A stretch of 64,000 bases of DNA, taken from positions 4,092,001 to 4,156,000 of the forward strand of contig CATNEN010000008.1 in the NCBI GenBank assembly GCA_950097015.1, given 5' to 3'. This DNA is from Macrostomum hystrix (Eukaryota > Animalia > Platyhelminthes). How positions within the stretch are numbered: the first letter of the stretch is position 1; each line of letters starts with the position of its first letter. Of the stretch, positions 13,234-24,700 are shown one piece after another. Under the pieces are notes generated by a model. That model was not told the origin of the DNA and searched no databases. It saw only the letters and a program-made list of their open reading frames with translations. A program made the position numbers and the translations under genes.

Positions 13234-16200
13234 TCATTTTCCCTCAGCTTTGCGCACACGCTTATTCCACGCGATAAACTGCTTAGAGACTAAATCCATC
13301 TGAAATTTAGCAAGCCGAGATATGGAATACATCAATGCAAGTTGCTGAATTGATATGATGGTAGTCAACTTGAGTACTGTAACAATTAATTTCGAATAAA
13401 GAGAACTGTGTCAAACTCTGGAGACTCAATTGGCCATATGAGGATTTGGATTTAGACTCAACTGAGCACTATGAGCAGACTGTAGCCTCTTTTAATATTG
13501 CTGCCCTAGAAAAAACCAATTCACACTCATCTGGGTTGAACAGGTTTCAATCGGAGCAGCAACGTGACTAGCTAAATAGGAATAGTTAATATCCAATCGC
13601 TAGTGTCATGAGATTTGGCATCGCCCATCTTGAGAAGGTTAGGATGTTTTATCTCCTTAACCTGCCCAACAGGATAAAATTTGACTTCTTACATCTTAAG
13701 CAGAATGAAATTAAGTCTCCCAAGCTGGAGCAGTGTGAGATTTAGAATCTCCCAAGCTGGAGCAGTGTGAGATTTAGAATCTCTCAAGCTGGAGCAGTGT
13801 GAGATTTAGAATCTCCCAAGCTGGAGCAGTGTGAGATTTAGAATCTCCCAAGCTGGAGCAGTGTGAGATTTAGAATCTCCCAAGCTGGAACAGTGTGAGA
13901 TTTAGAATCTCCCAAGCTGGAACAGTGTGAGATTTAGAATCTCCCAAGCTGGAGCAGTGTGAGATTTAGAATCTCCCAAGCTGGAGCAGTGTGAGATTTA
14001 GAGTCTCCTAAGCTGGAGCAGTGTGAGATTTAGAATCTCTCAAGCTGGAGCAGTGTGAGATTTAGAATCTCCCAAGCTGGAACAGTGTGAGATTTAGAAT
14101 CTCCCAAGCTGGAGCAGTTTGAGATTTAGAATCTCCCAAGCTGGAACAGTGTGAGATTTAGAATCTCCCAAGCTGGAACAGTGTGAGATTTAGAATCTCC
14201 CAAGCTGGAGCAGTGTGAGATTTAGAATCTCCCAAGCTGGAGCAGTGTGAGATTTAGAGTCTCCTAAGCTGGAGCAGTGTGAGATTTAGAATCTCTCAAG
14301 CTGGAGCAGTGTGAGATTTAGAATCTCCCAAGCTGGAACAGTGTGAGATTTAGAATCTCTCAAGCTGGAGCAGTGTGAGATTTAGAATCTCTCAAGCTGG
14401 AGCAGTGTGAGATTTAGAATCTCTCAAGCTGGAGCAGTGTGAGATTTAGAATCTCCCAAGCTGGAGCAGTGTGAGATTTAGAATCTCTCAAGCTGGAGCA
14501 GTGTGAGATTTAGAATCTCTCAAGCTGGAGCAGTGTGAGATTTAGAATCTCTCAAGCTGGAGCAGTGTGAGATTCTCCCAAGCTGGAGCAGTGTGAGATT
14601 TAGAATCTCACAAGCTGGAGCAGTGTGAGATTCTCCCAAGCTGGAACAGTGTGAGATTTAGAATCTCCCAAGCTAGAACAGTGTGAGATTTAGAATCTCC
14701 CAAGCTGGAGCAGTGTGAGATTTAGAATCTCCCAAGCTGGAGCAGTGTGAGATTTAGAGTCTCCCAAGCTGGAGCAGTGTGAGATTTAGAATCTCCTAAG
14801 CTGGAGCAGTGTGAGATTTAGAATCTCTCAAGCTGGAGCAGTGTGAGATTTAGAATCTCCCAAGCTGGAACAGTGTGAGATTTAGAATCTCTCAAGCTGG
14901 AGCAGTGTGAGATTTAGAATCTCCCAAGCTGGAGCAGTGTGAGATTTAGAATCTCCCAAGCTGGAACAGTGTGAGATTTAGAATCTCCCAAGCTGGAGCA
15001 GTGTGAGATTTAGAATCTCTCAAGCTGGAGCAGTGTGAGATTTAGAATCTCTCAAGCTGGAGCAGTGTGAGATTTAGAATCTCCCAAGCTGGAACAGTGT
15101 GAGATTTAGAATCTCTCAAGCTGGAGCAGTGTGAGATTTAGAATCTCTCAAGCTGGAACAGTGTGAGATTTAGAGTCTCCCAAGCTGGAACAGTGTGAGA
15201 TTTAGAATCTCTCAAGCTGGAGCAGTGTGAGATTTAGAATCTCTCAAGCTGGAGCAGTGTGATATTTAGAATCTCCCAAGCTGGAGCAGTGTGAGATTCT
15301 CCCAAGCTGGAACAGTGTGAGATTTAGATTCTCCCAAGCTGGAGCAGTGTGAGATTTTGAATCTCCCAAGCTGGAGCAGTGTGAGATTCTCCCAAGCTGG
15401 AACAGTGTGAGATTTAGATTCTCCCAAGCTGGAGCAGTGTGAGATTTAGAATCTCCCAAGCTGGAGCAGTTTGAGATTCTCCCAAGCTGGAACAGTGTGA
15501 GATTTAGATTCTCCCAAGCTGGAGCAGTGTGAGATTTAGATTCTCCCAAGCTGGAACAGTGTGAGATTTAGATTCTCCCAAGCTGGAGCAGTGTGAGATT
15601 TAGAATCTCCCAAGCTGGAGCAGTTTGAGATTCTCCCAAGCTGGAGCAGTGTGAGATTTAGAATCTCCCAAGCTGGAGCAGTTTGAGATTCTCCCAAGCT
15701 GGAACAGTGTGAGATTTAGATTCTCCCAAGCTGGAGCAGTGTGAGATTTAGAATCTCCCAAGCTGGAGCAGTGTGAGATTCTCCCAAGCTGGAGCAGTGT
15801 GAGATTTAGAATCTCCCAAGCTGGAGCAGTGTGAGATTCTCCCAAGCTGGAACAGTGTGAGATTTAGAATCTCTCAAGCTGGAGCAGTGTGAGATTTAGA
15901 ATCTCCCAAGCTGGAGCAGTTTGAGATTTAGAATCTCCCAAGCTGGAGCAGTGTGAGATTCTCCCAAGCTGTAACAGTGTGAGATTTAGAATCTCCTAAG
16001 CTGGAGCAGTTTGAGATTTAGAATCTCTCAAGCTGGAGCAGTGTGAGATTCTCCCAAGCTGGAGCAGTTTGAGATTTAGAATCTCCCAAGCTGGAACAGT
16101 GTGAGATTTAGAATCTCCCAAGCTGGAGCAGTGTGAGATTCTCCCAAGCTGGAACAGTGTGAGATTTAGAATCTCCCAAGCTGGAGCAGTGTGAGATTTA

Positions 16201-19200
16201 GAATCTCTCAAGCTGGAGCAGTGTGAGATTCTCCCAAGCTGGAACAGTGTGAGATTTAGAGTCTCCCAAGCTGGAGCAGTGTGAGATTCTCCCAAGCTGG
16301 AACAGTGTGAGATTTAGAATCTCCCAAGCTGGAGCAGTGTGAGATTTAGAATCTCCCAAGCTGGAACAGTGTGAGATTTAGAATCTCCCAAGCTGGAACA
16401 GTGTGAGATTTAGAGTCTCCCAAGCTGGAGCAGTGTGAGATTTAGAGTCTCCCAAGCTGGAGCAGTGTGAGATTTAGAATCTCCCAAGCTGGAACAGTGT
16501 GAGATTTAGAGTCTCCCAAGCTGGAGCAGTGTGAGATTCTCCCAAGCTGGAACAGTGTGAGATTTAGAATCTCCCAAGCTGGAGCAGATTGAGATTTAGA
16601 ATCTCCCAAGCTGGAACAGTGTGAGATTTAGAATCTCCCAAGCTGGAACAGTGTGAGATTTAGAGTCTCCTAAGCTGGAGCAGTGTGAGAATCTCCCAAG
16701 CTGGAGCAGTGTGAGATTTAGAATCTCCCAAGCTGGAGCAGTGTGAGATTTAGAATCACCCAAGCTGGAACAGTGTGAGATTTAGAATCTCCCAAGCTGG
16801 AGCAGTGTGAGATTTAGAATCACCCAAGCTGGAGCAGTGTGAGATTTAGAATCTCCCAAGCTGGAGCAGTGTGAGATTCTCCCAAGCTGGAACAGTGTGA
16901 GATTTAGAATCTCCCAAGCTGGAGCAGTGTGAGATTTAGAATCTCCCAAGCTGGAACAGTGTGAGATTTAGAATCTCCTAAGCTGGAGCAGTTTGAGATT
17001 CTCCCAAGCTGTAACAGTGTGAGATTTAGAATCTCCTAAGCTGGAGCAGTTTGAGATTTAGAATCTCTCAAGCTGGAGCAGTGTGAGAATCTCCCAAGCT
17101 GGAACAGTGTGAGATTTAGAATCTCCCAAGCTGGAGCAGTGTGAGATTCTCCCAAGCTGGAACAGTGTGAGATTTAGAATCTCCCAAGCTGGAGCAGTGT
17201 GAGATTCTCCCAAGCTGGAGCAGTGTGGGATTTAGAATCTCCCAAGCTGGAGCAGTGTGAGATTTAGAATCTCCCAAGCTGGAGCAGTGTGAGATTCTCC
17301 CAAGCTGGAGCAGTGTGAGATTTAGAATCTCCCAAGCTGGAGCAGTGTGAGATTCCCCCAAGCTGGAACAGTGTGAGATTTAGAATCTCCCAAGCTGGAG
17401 CAGTTTGAGATTTAGAATCTCCCAAGCTGGAACAGTGTGAGATTTAGAATCTCCCAAGCTGGAGCAGTTTGAGATTTAGAATCTCCCAAGCTGGAACAGT
17501 GTGAGATTTAGAATCTCCCAAGCTGGAGCAGTTTGAGATTTAGAATCTCCCAAGCTGGAACAGTGTGAGATTTAGAATCTCCCAAGCTGGAACAGTGTGA
17601 GATTTAGAGTCTCCCAAGCTGGAGCAGTGTGAGATTCTCCCAAGCTGGAGCAGTGTGAGATTCTCCCAAGCTGGAGCAGTGTGAGATTTAGAATCTCCCA
17701 AGCTGGAGCAGTGTGAGATTTAGAATCTCCCAAGCTGGAACAGTGTGAGATTTAGAATCTCCCAAGCTGGAGCAGTTTGAGATTTAGAATCTCCCAAGCT
17801 GGAGCAGTGTGAGATTTAGAATCTCCCAAGCTGGAACAGTGTGAGATTTAGAGTCTCCCAAGCTGGAGCAGTGTGAGATTTAGAGTCTCCCAAGCTGGAG
17901 CAGTGTGAGATTTAGAATCTCCCAAGCTGGAACAGTGTGAGATTTAGAGTCTCCCAAGCTGGAGCAGTGTGAGATTCTCCCAAGCTGGAACAGTGTGAGA
18001 TTTAGAATCTCCCAAGCTGGAGCAGTTTGAGATTTAGAATCTCCCAAGCTGGAACAGTGTGAGATTTAGAATCTCCCAAGCTGGAACAGTGTGAGATTTA
18101 GAGTCTCCCAAGCTGGAGCAGTGTGAGAATCTCCCAAGCTGGAGCAGTGTGAGATTTAGAATCTCCCAAGCTGGAGCAGTGTGAGATTTAGAATCACCCA
18201 AGCTGGAACAGTGTGAGATTTAGAATCTCCCAAGCTGGAGCAGTGTGAGATTTAGAATCACCCAAGCTGGAGCAGTGTGAGATTTAGAATCTCCCAAGCT
18301 GGAGCAGTGTGAGATTTAGAATCACCCAAGCTGGAGCAGTGTGAGATTTAGAATCTCCCAAGCTGGAGCAGTGTGAGATTTAGAATCACCCAAGCTGGAG
18401 CAGTGTGAGATTTAGAATCTCCCAAGCTGGAGCAGTGTGAGATTTAGAATCACCCATATTGAGCTTCTCCCTAAAAATAATTCAAATCCAATTGTACCGC
18501 CAAAATAGTTGGTACAAATATCAATTGAGTTGCCATTGAGTCAGAATGTGTCAAACTCTGGAGACTCAGCTGTCCATAAGAAGTTTTAGAATCAACTGAG
18601 CACTATGAGCAGACTGTAGCCGTTTTAATATTGCTGCCCTAGAAAAAACCAATTCACAATGAACTGAGTGTCACTTTGGACACTGAAGGGTTAAACAGGT
18701 TTCAATCGGAGCAGCTAAACAACAAGTTTGAGTAAAAATTATTGGAATTTATCATCACGAGTGGGATTAGAGTTTGAACCACCTAAAATAAGCATTCGAC
18801 AATCAGACTTAATAGTGTGAAATAAATATTCGTTGGAAAAAATTAGTATAAAAATTAAAATGTGTCAAACCCTGGAGACTCAGCTGTCCATATGATGATT
18901 CACATTCAGAATCAACTGAGCACTATGAGCAGACTCTATTGTCTTTTAATATTGCTGCCCTAGAAAAAACCAATTGACACTAATCTGAGTGTCACTTTGG
19001 ACACTGTGGGTTGAACAGGTTTCAATCGGAGCAGCTCACAGCCTACTCATTAATAAACATAGCTAAAACTGACTCACATAGTTGAAGTAGACATTGAGCA
19101 GCTCGTAGGTCTGCTCCTCGAGCCTCTGAGCGTCCTCGGTCTGTTCGATCTGCTTTTGTCTCAGTTCGGCGAATCTCTCCAGCAGTTTCTGGTCCACTCG

Positions 19201-19618
19201 CAGGTGTTCGCTGTCCAGCACGGAGCACAATTCGGCGATTCTCTCCAGCGCGGCGGCTGTCTCGCGAATGCGGCCCTCCTCGCTGACAATGACGCGAACC
19301 TTGGCCTCCGTGGATAGCGCAGTCTCCTCGCAGAATCGGCTGTCCATGTATTTGTCTATTTCATTGTAGCGAGCTAGTATGCGCTGCACTTTGTCACGCT
19401 TGGCTGTGCTCGACTCAAATTTCTTGTTAACAGCTTGGATTTTGTCAGCACACTAATTAAAAAAACGATTTTAATAGAGATGTATGTTCGAGTCATTAAA
19501 AAATGAAAATATTACCATTACTTACAGATTCAGCTTCCTTAATAGCGGCAGGTGGGCAAGCACCAAACACCTTTCTCTCCATCTCTGTAATTCTTTCTTC
19601 AAGCACTGCATAGTCCAT
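13234..19618 (-). CDS. DCTN3: Dynactin subunit 3 (p22/p24); exons 19526-19618, 19078-19452, 13234-13299; 177 aa
   Basis: Spliced product MDYAVLEERITEMERKVFG...KRDKVQRILARYNEIDKYMD...VLDSEHL...YFNY|MDLVSKQFIAWNKRVRKAEGK* matches DCTN3 hallmarks (LERWVYG, KRERV, LDSAHI, LSKQFVQWD). All introns are GT-AG, phase 0. Confidence 0.9.
13407..13560. repeat. ~155-175-bp dispersed repeat, copy 1 of 3 (DCTN3 intron 2)
   Basis: TGTGTCAAAC...GAGCACTATGAGCAGACT...GCCCTAGAAAAAACCAAT...TTTCAATCGGAGCAGC shared with 18547-18715 and 18861-19035. Confidence 0.9.
13716..18456. repeat. 32-bp (and 26-bp variant) satellite CTCCCAAGCTGGAGCAGTGTGAGATTTAGAAT in DCTN3 intron 2
   Basis: 4.7 kb, roughly 150 units. Confidence 0.97.
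18547..19035. repeat. Dispersed repeat copies 2 (18547-18715) and 3 (18861-19035)
   Basis: Direct repeats of 13407-13560, 314 bp apart. Confidence 0.9.
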
Positions 19619-19929
19619 GACAAATATTTATTCTAGTGAGACTGAAATTGATAGCAAGGAATAAGAAAATGAGCCATAGAAGAACTGGACCATTAGGGAT
19701 ATATATATTTTTTTCATATACTTTTTTGAAGTGTGCATATTAGAGGAGCTTATATAACTCCTGTCTTGACTTATACCTAAATCCCTAAATAATTATATTT
19801 TACTATTAATGTATACAAGGTTATTGAATGTATTTTGAATATTTTTAATTTACTATTTTAAGCACAGAATTACATTTAGTGGCTCTTCTGATTTCAGATT
19901 AATAATATGAAGAATGAGCAAACGTCAAG

Positions 19930-20342
19930 ACAAACATTTATTATTTAAACTGCCAACGCGTTTCGTCCAAAACGGACATCTTCAGGGCAAACGAACCATA
20001 AAAAACACACAACCAAAAATGTATTTAAATTAAATCGAAAAATATTGAGCGAACAAATAAACAGAGGGAACGAAAAAGCATGCTGTAAACTTTTGAACGA
20101 CCAATCAGTGAAGAGGGAGCAACCGCCTCACCACCGAGTACATCGAGATCAAAAAATTCTGAGTTGTTGCTCCATACCTTTACTCACAAGCTGAATGTTT
20201 AAGCTAGGATTGTACTTCCTAATGTACGTAGCTTCCAACAGTTTTAGTTTTCTATCATTGTTACAAACATCTAACACCTTGAACAACTGCAAAGGCTCAC
20301 AGTCACAACACGCCTTGCACACAAAAAGGTGCCCTGAAGATT
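19930..20342 (-). mobile_element. 5'-truncated Penelope-like element fragment (GIY-YIG C-terminus plus pLTR)
   Basis: Minus frame ending at stop 20149-20151: GHLFVCKACCDCEPLQLFKVLDVCNNDRKLKLLEATYIRKYNPSLNIQ..., typical of the PLE endonuclease end (FxIL...LxxLEALYI...PxLN). It is followed by a hammerhead motif and AATAAA. Confidence 0.8.
19951..19989 (-). ncRNA. Minimal type I hammerhead ribozyme of Penelope-like pLTR type
   Basis: UGCC-CUGAAGA-U-GUCC-GUUUU-GGAC-GAA-ACGCGU-U-GGCA: stem I UGCC/GGCA, core CUGAnGA, stem II GUCC/GGAC, GAAA, palindromic ACGCGU stem III, GUU cleavage triplet. Confidence 0.8.
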
Positions 20343-21758
20343 GTTAGCAAATTAATTCAAACTTTTTTTTCCAAACTTTATAACAATACATAGATGATCT
20401 AAGTTTTTGTGTCACCTAAATTCTAAATGGTGCAATTCTAAATTTTAAATGGCATAATCTAACTTTCTGATATTTTCAAATTAGTCATAAACTTGGAGAG
20501 AAATTGTAACAAAATTGGTAAAATTACTAGGATATCAAGTTCTTAACATTTATCATAATTTTTAATTAATGTTCTTGATAATTTTTAAACTAGGCTAAGC
20601 TACAATTTCTAAGAATCAGTTCTGAACTTGATAGTCAACAAAAAGTAAAACTAATAGGCAATTCACAAATCATATTTTAAATTTAACTCTTATATTTAAG
20701 CTTTTAAACTGACAAATTATTTTTGATTTAAATTTAATGCTTGCATGAAAAAATTGTATGCCAATATCAAATTAGGGCAATCATGCCAAATGGCATAACC
20801 AACTTACCAACCCAGAAAAAAACTCAGTAGATGATAAAGAAAAAATAGCAAATGAGCATTAGTTACATAGTTGCTTAACAATATTTGTTCAGGATTGAGT
20901 AGGCCTATAAGAATAAATAGACTCTATAGAAGTTCAAAGCAATATTTTCACTATATAAACTCTAGGAGGCTTGTTGTACAATTTATGCCATTGAAGGTCA
21001 ACATTAAAGGCACAGTAAGAGTGTACACTGTCAAAAGTGTAAAATGTGAAATTTAACTTTAAACAAGAAGTTACCTATGTTGTTGAGTTTGAGTTGTTAA
21101 GTTGTTAAGTTAAGTTCTTGAGTTAGGGCCTATTGTTAAGTTCTTGAGTTTGGTGTGCTTGTCAGGGGGGAATTCACTGGCCTTTGATATAAAAACGGGC
21201 GGCAAAAAGGCTAAGTAGTCCTACTGTTATTGCTGTGGCAATGCAGAATGCGCTACGCAAGTGCCAATTTCTAATTAAAATGCCTTCCGGCATGGAGGGC
21301 CTAGTTTTCTGTCGGGTTGGATAGATAGATCGATAGATGGTCATGACGAACTCACACTACTCACACTGACAAGCTGCGTGTTAGGCCAATATTTTAATGG
21401 AAATATATTTAGTAAACTAAGAATAAGCTCAAGAGTAAATAAAATTAGAGTTCGATTGAGCAAAATTATAATTAGGCCAATTAGAAAGAGCAGCTTGTTT
21501 TAAATTTATCTTACTATAACTCATTCAAACAAAGTAGGTGCAACTAAAGTAGTAACAGAATCATTACGAAACAAAAGAATATATATATAAAATTACAAAA
21601 ATATTTTTAAGTTATAATCGTACAGCTTTCATTCCTCTTTTTGGCTCAACAAAATGCTTTACTAGTAATTTTCAACAGGAAAATTCCATTTAATTTAATC
21701 GATGCGCGTTCTACAGCATTTACAGCATTCTATTAGTTTCGACTCGTCGTGGTGAATA

Positions 21759-24700
21759 ATGAAGGTATGCTTGTTGCTTGTGTATGCATTTCTATAGAAT
21801 TTACATTGTAACACATATTCATGTTTCCTTGCCCCCTATCTCTTTGATTTTAGCGGGTATTTCATCTGCCACCAAAGTCCCATGGGAGTGGTGGGATAAC
21901 ATTTTCTTGGCAGAGAAGCATCGGTAATCTGATTGCCACCACAGGGTAAGAAAAACGTATGATATCTCGTACTTAATACATAAGAGGCGTTAGTTTTTTT
22001 ATAAAAGAAAAGCTCAAGTTTACTTTTCATTTCATAAAAAATTTGTGTAAAAAATTAATTATGCTAATATTTTCCTCAGCATCTCAATCCTTAATCTAAA
22101 AACACAGGAACGATCAGCGTTTGAATATCTACGACCGTCATGGTGAAGTAAAAGGTGAACTGAGTCTCAATGGGTAAGTTTTTGTCTAATAGACTGTTAG
22201 ATGCTTTTTATCACAAAAGCTTTTTTTGCTTTTTTGTATTGTTTCTGGTATTAACATAATCCCAATCCCAAATCCCAGAAATTGTACTGGCATGGACTGG
22301 AACAAGGATGGCGACTATCTGGCCGTCATTACAGACAGGAGCTCCATCATATTGCTCTGGGACGCTCACACTCTGCGGCTATACGAGATCGACAGCGGAT
22401 TTAAGTGAGTCTACTCGGGAATTCCGGTCTTCATATATATTGACCTCGAGTAGTTTGACCTCGAGTAAAAAACCGCTCTTTTTCCCAGAGATCCGCTGTC
22501 CTTTCTATCCTGGTCGGCAGTCGGTCCACAACTAGCGGTTGGCAGTACCAAGGGCAACCTGCTGTTGTACAATCATTCCACCTCGCGCAAGGTGCCAATC
22601 CTGGGCAAGCACAGTCGCAAAATTATCTGCGGCTGCTGGAGTGCTGAGAATCTACTAGCCCTTGGTAGCGAAGACCGGACTTTAACGGTCAGCAACTCGG
22701 ATGGCGACACGCTGAAGCAGACTAGCCTAAGAGATGTGCCCAGCCTGACACAATTCTCAGAGATGAAGAGTGACGAGCGCTCAGCAATGGGTGACAACAC
22801 CGTCTCCTGCGTGATTGGAGGGAAGACGCTATTCTTGTACAACCTGCAGGATCCTGAGAATCCAATTGAGTTGGCCTTTCAAGCCCGCTACGGACAAATA
22901 GTTGACTATAGGTGGTACGGCGATGGCTACATCATGATTGGTTTCTCTCAAGGCTACTTTGTCATCATCTCGACCCACATGAAGGAGATCGGACAGGTCG
23001 GTATAGAGAGGGACGTTGTTTCATAGCGGGTTTTAAAAGACAATAATTATCCCAAAAATTCATGCAGGAGCTATTCCAAGCACAGGATCACAAGAACAGC
23101 TTGAGCTCCGTGGCCATCTCAACCACTCTGGGACGCTGCGCTTCAGCTGGCGACGATAGGGTTCGAATCCGCGACCTCAAAGAGCCCAGCGACATCACGA
23201 GCATCATCACTTTGGAGGACGAGAAGAGCGTTGGTCGCGTTGAATGGACCGAGGACGGCCAACTGCTAGCTGTGGCCACTCCCAAAGGCAGTCTGCACAT
23301 CTTCCTGACCAAGCTGCCCATGTTGGGAGTCGCCTGTCAGACCAAAATCGCCTATTTGACTTCGCTGCTTGAAGTGACTCTTGTTGATCCAGTGGATTCT
23401 GTGAGCTTTGGCGCAGGACTAATTTGCACATTTTTTCGTGGGGAGGACATGGTTTGAGGGGATTGGTCAGTTAGAGAGATTGTTAGCAAGAAGAGAGGTA
23501 GTTGGTCAGGGAGTGAGGTGGTTGGCTAGGGAATGAGGCGATTGGCCAGGAAGTGGGGTGGTTGGTCAGTGAGGTGGTTGGATTGTCAGGGCGTGAGTGT
23601 ATTGGTGAGTGGCGAGGAGGTTAGAGAGAATTGGTGAGTGGGAACATTTCATTTTTATTTTATTTCATTACTGTCAGACTGTCGCAGCAAAGAATCTGCC
23701 AGTGGAGGTCGAGCCAACCTTCATTGGTTTGGGCCCCGATCACCTGGCTGTTGGCATGAACAATCGGGCCTGGTTCCACCGGATTTCCGACGCCGGTGAG
23801 CGACTGCTCAATTTTGAATTGAATAAAAAAGTATTTTATACTTCTCGAAAATCAGGTTTATTTAAAACGAAAGCGCAAAACCAACCCAGGCATTGTGCCG
23901 CAGTCAAGCGAGGAATACCTCGGCACCGTCAGCTCCGTTAAACTCAACTCGGAGTACGCTGCTGCGCTGTTTGAAGGGAAAATAATGCTGCACGTGGTGA
24001 GTGAGCGGTCCGGCTTCACATTGCTAAGGCATTGTTAGTCTCTGATCAATAATTCTGGTCAAATAAACTTTCACAACTCAATCAGTACGGCACAGAAGTG
24101 TCCAAACTAAACAGCAGTGGACGCAGCAGCTATCGAACTTTGAAGGCCAGGGTAAAATTAAGCCGCTTTAGAGTCCAAATTTAGGAATATTATTTCCTGT
24201 ACAAGTCGATTCTGTAATCGATAGTGAATTTAGTGCAAATTTTTAAGAAATGTTGTCTCCAAAAAATCTGATTTCCTAGTAAACTATTTAGATTGCATCG
24301 TTTACCTTCTCTATTTGCAATCATCGAACAGAATGTCTCCCTATTATAGAAACAAAGCGAATTTAATTGATTAAAACAAAACATTTACCTGGCTGGTCCG
24401 AAGCTAAAATTAAAGAAACACACGCAACTGATTATGAGAGAAACAAAAAATAAGCTGCAATTTAATTGTTCGCACTTTATAAACCGTTTAATGCAACCAC
24501 CTGACTGTGTTTACTTCTGTGTCTTGTGGGAATATTTATTTATAATTTTTTTCTGCTAATGCGAATTTCATTGCGTTGACTCAGCATTATTGGTAGAGAG
24601 ATTGGGTAGGGATCAGTGGGGATTGGGTAGGGATCAGTGGAAATTGGGTAGGGATCTGTGGGGATTGGGTAGGGATCTGTGGGGATTGGGTAGGGATCTG

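Noticed and set aside
21003-21020. TTAAAGGCACAGT Kolobok-like terminus
   Set aside because: No matching opposite end was found in the window.
21229-21242. RFX X-box upstream of the ciliary gene WDR19 (ATTGCTGTGGCAAT)
   Set aside because: It lacks the near-invariant terminal G and C of GTNRCC-AT-RGYAAC and lies ~520 bp upstream; too weak to call.
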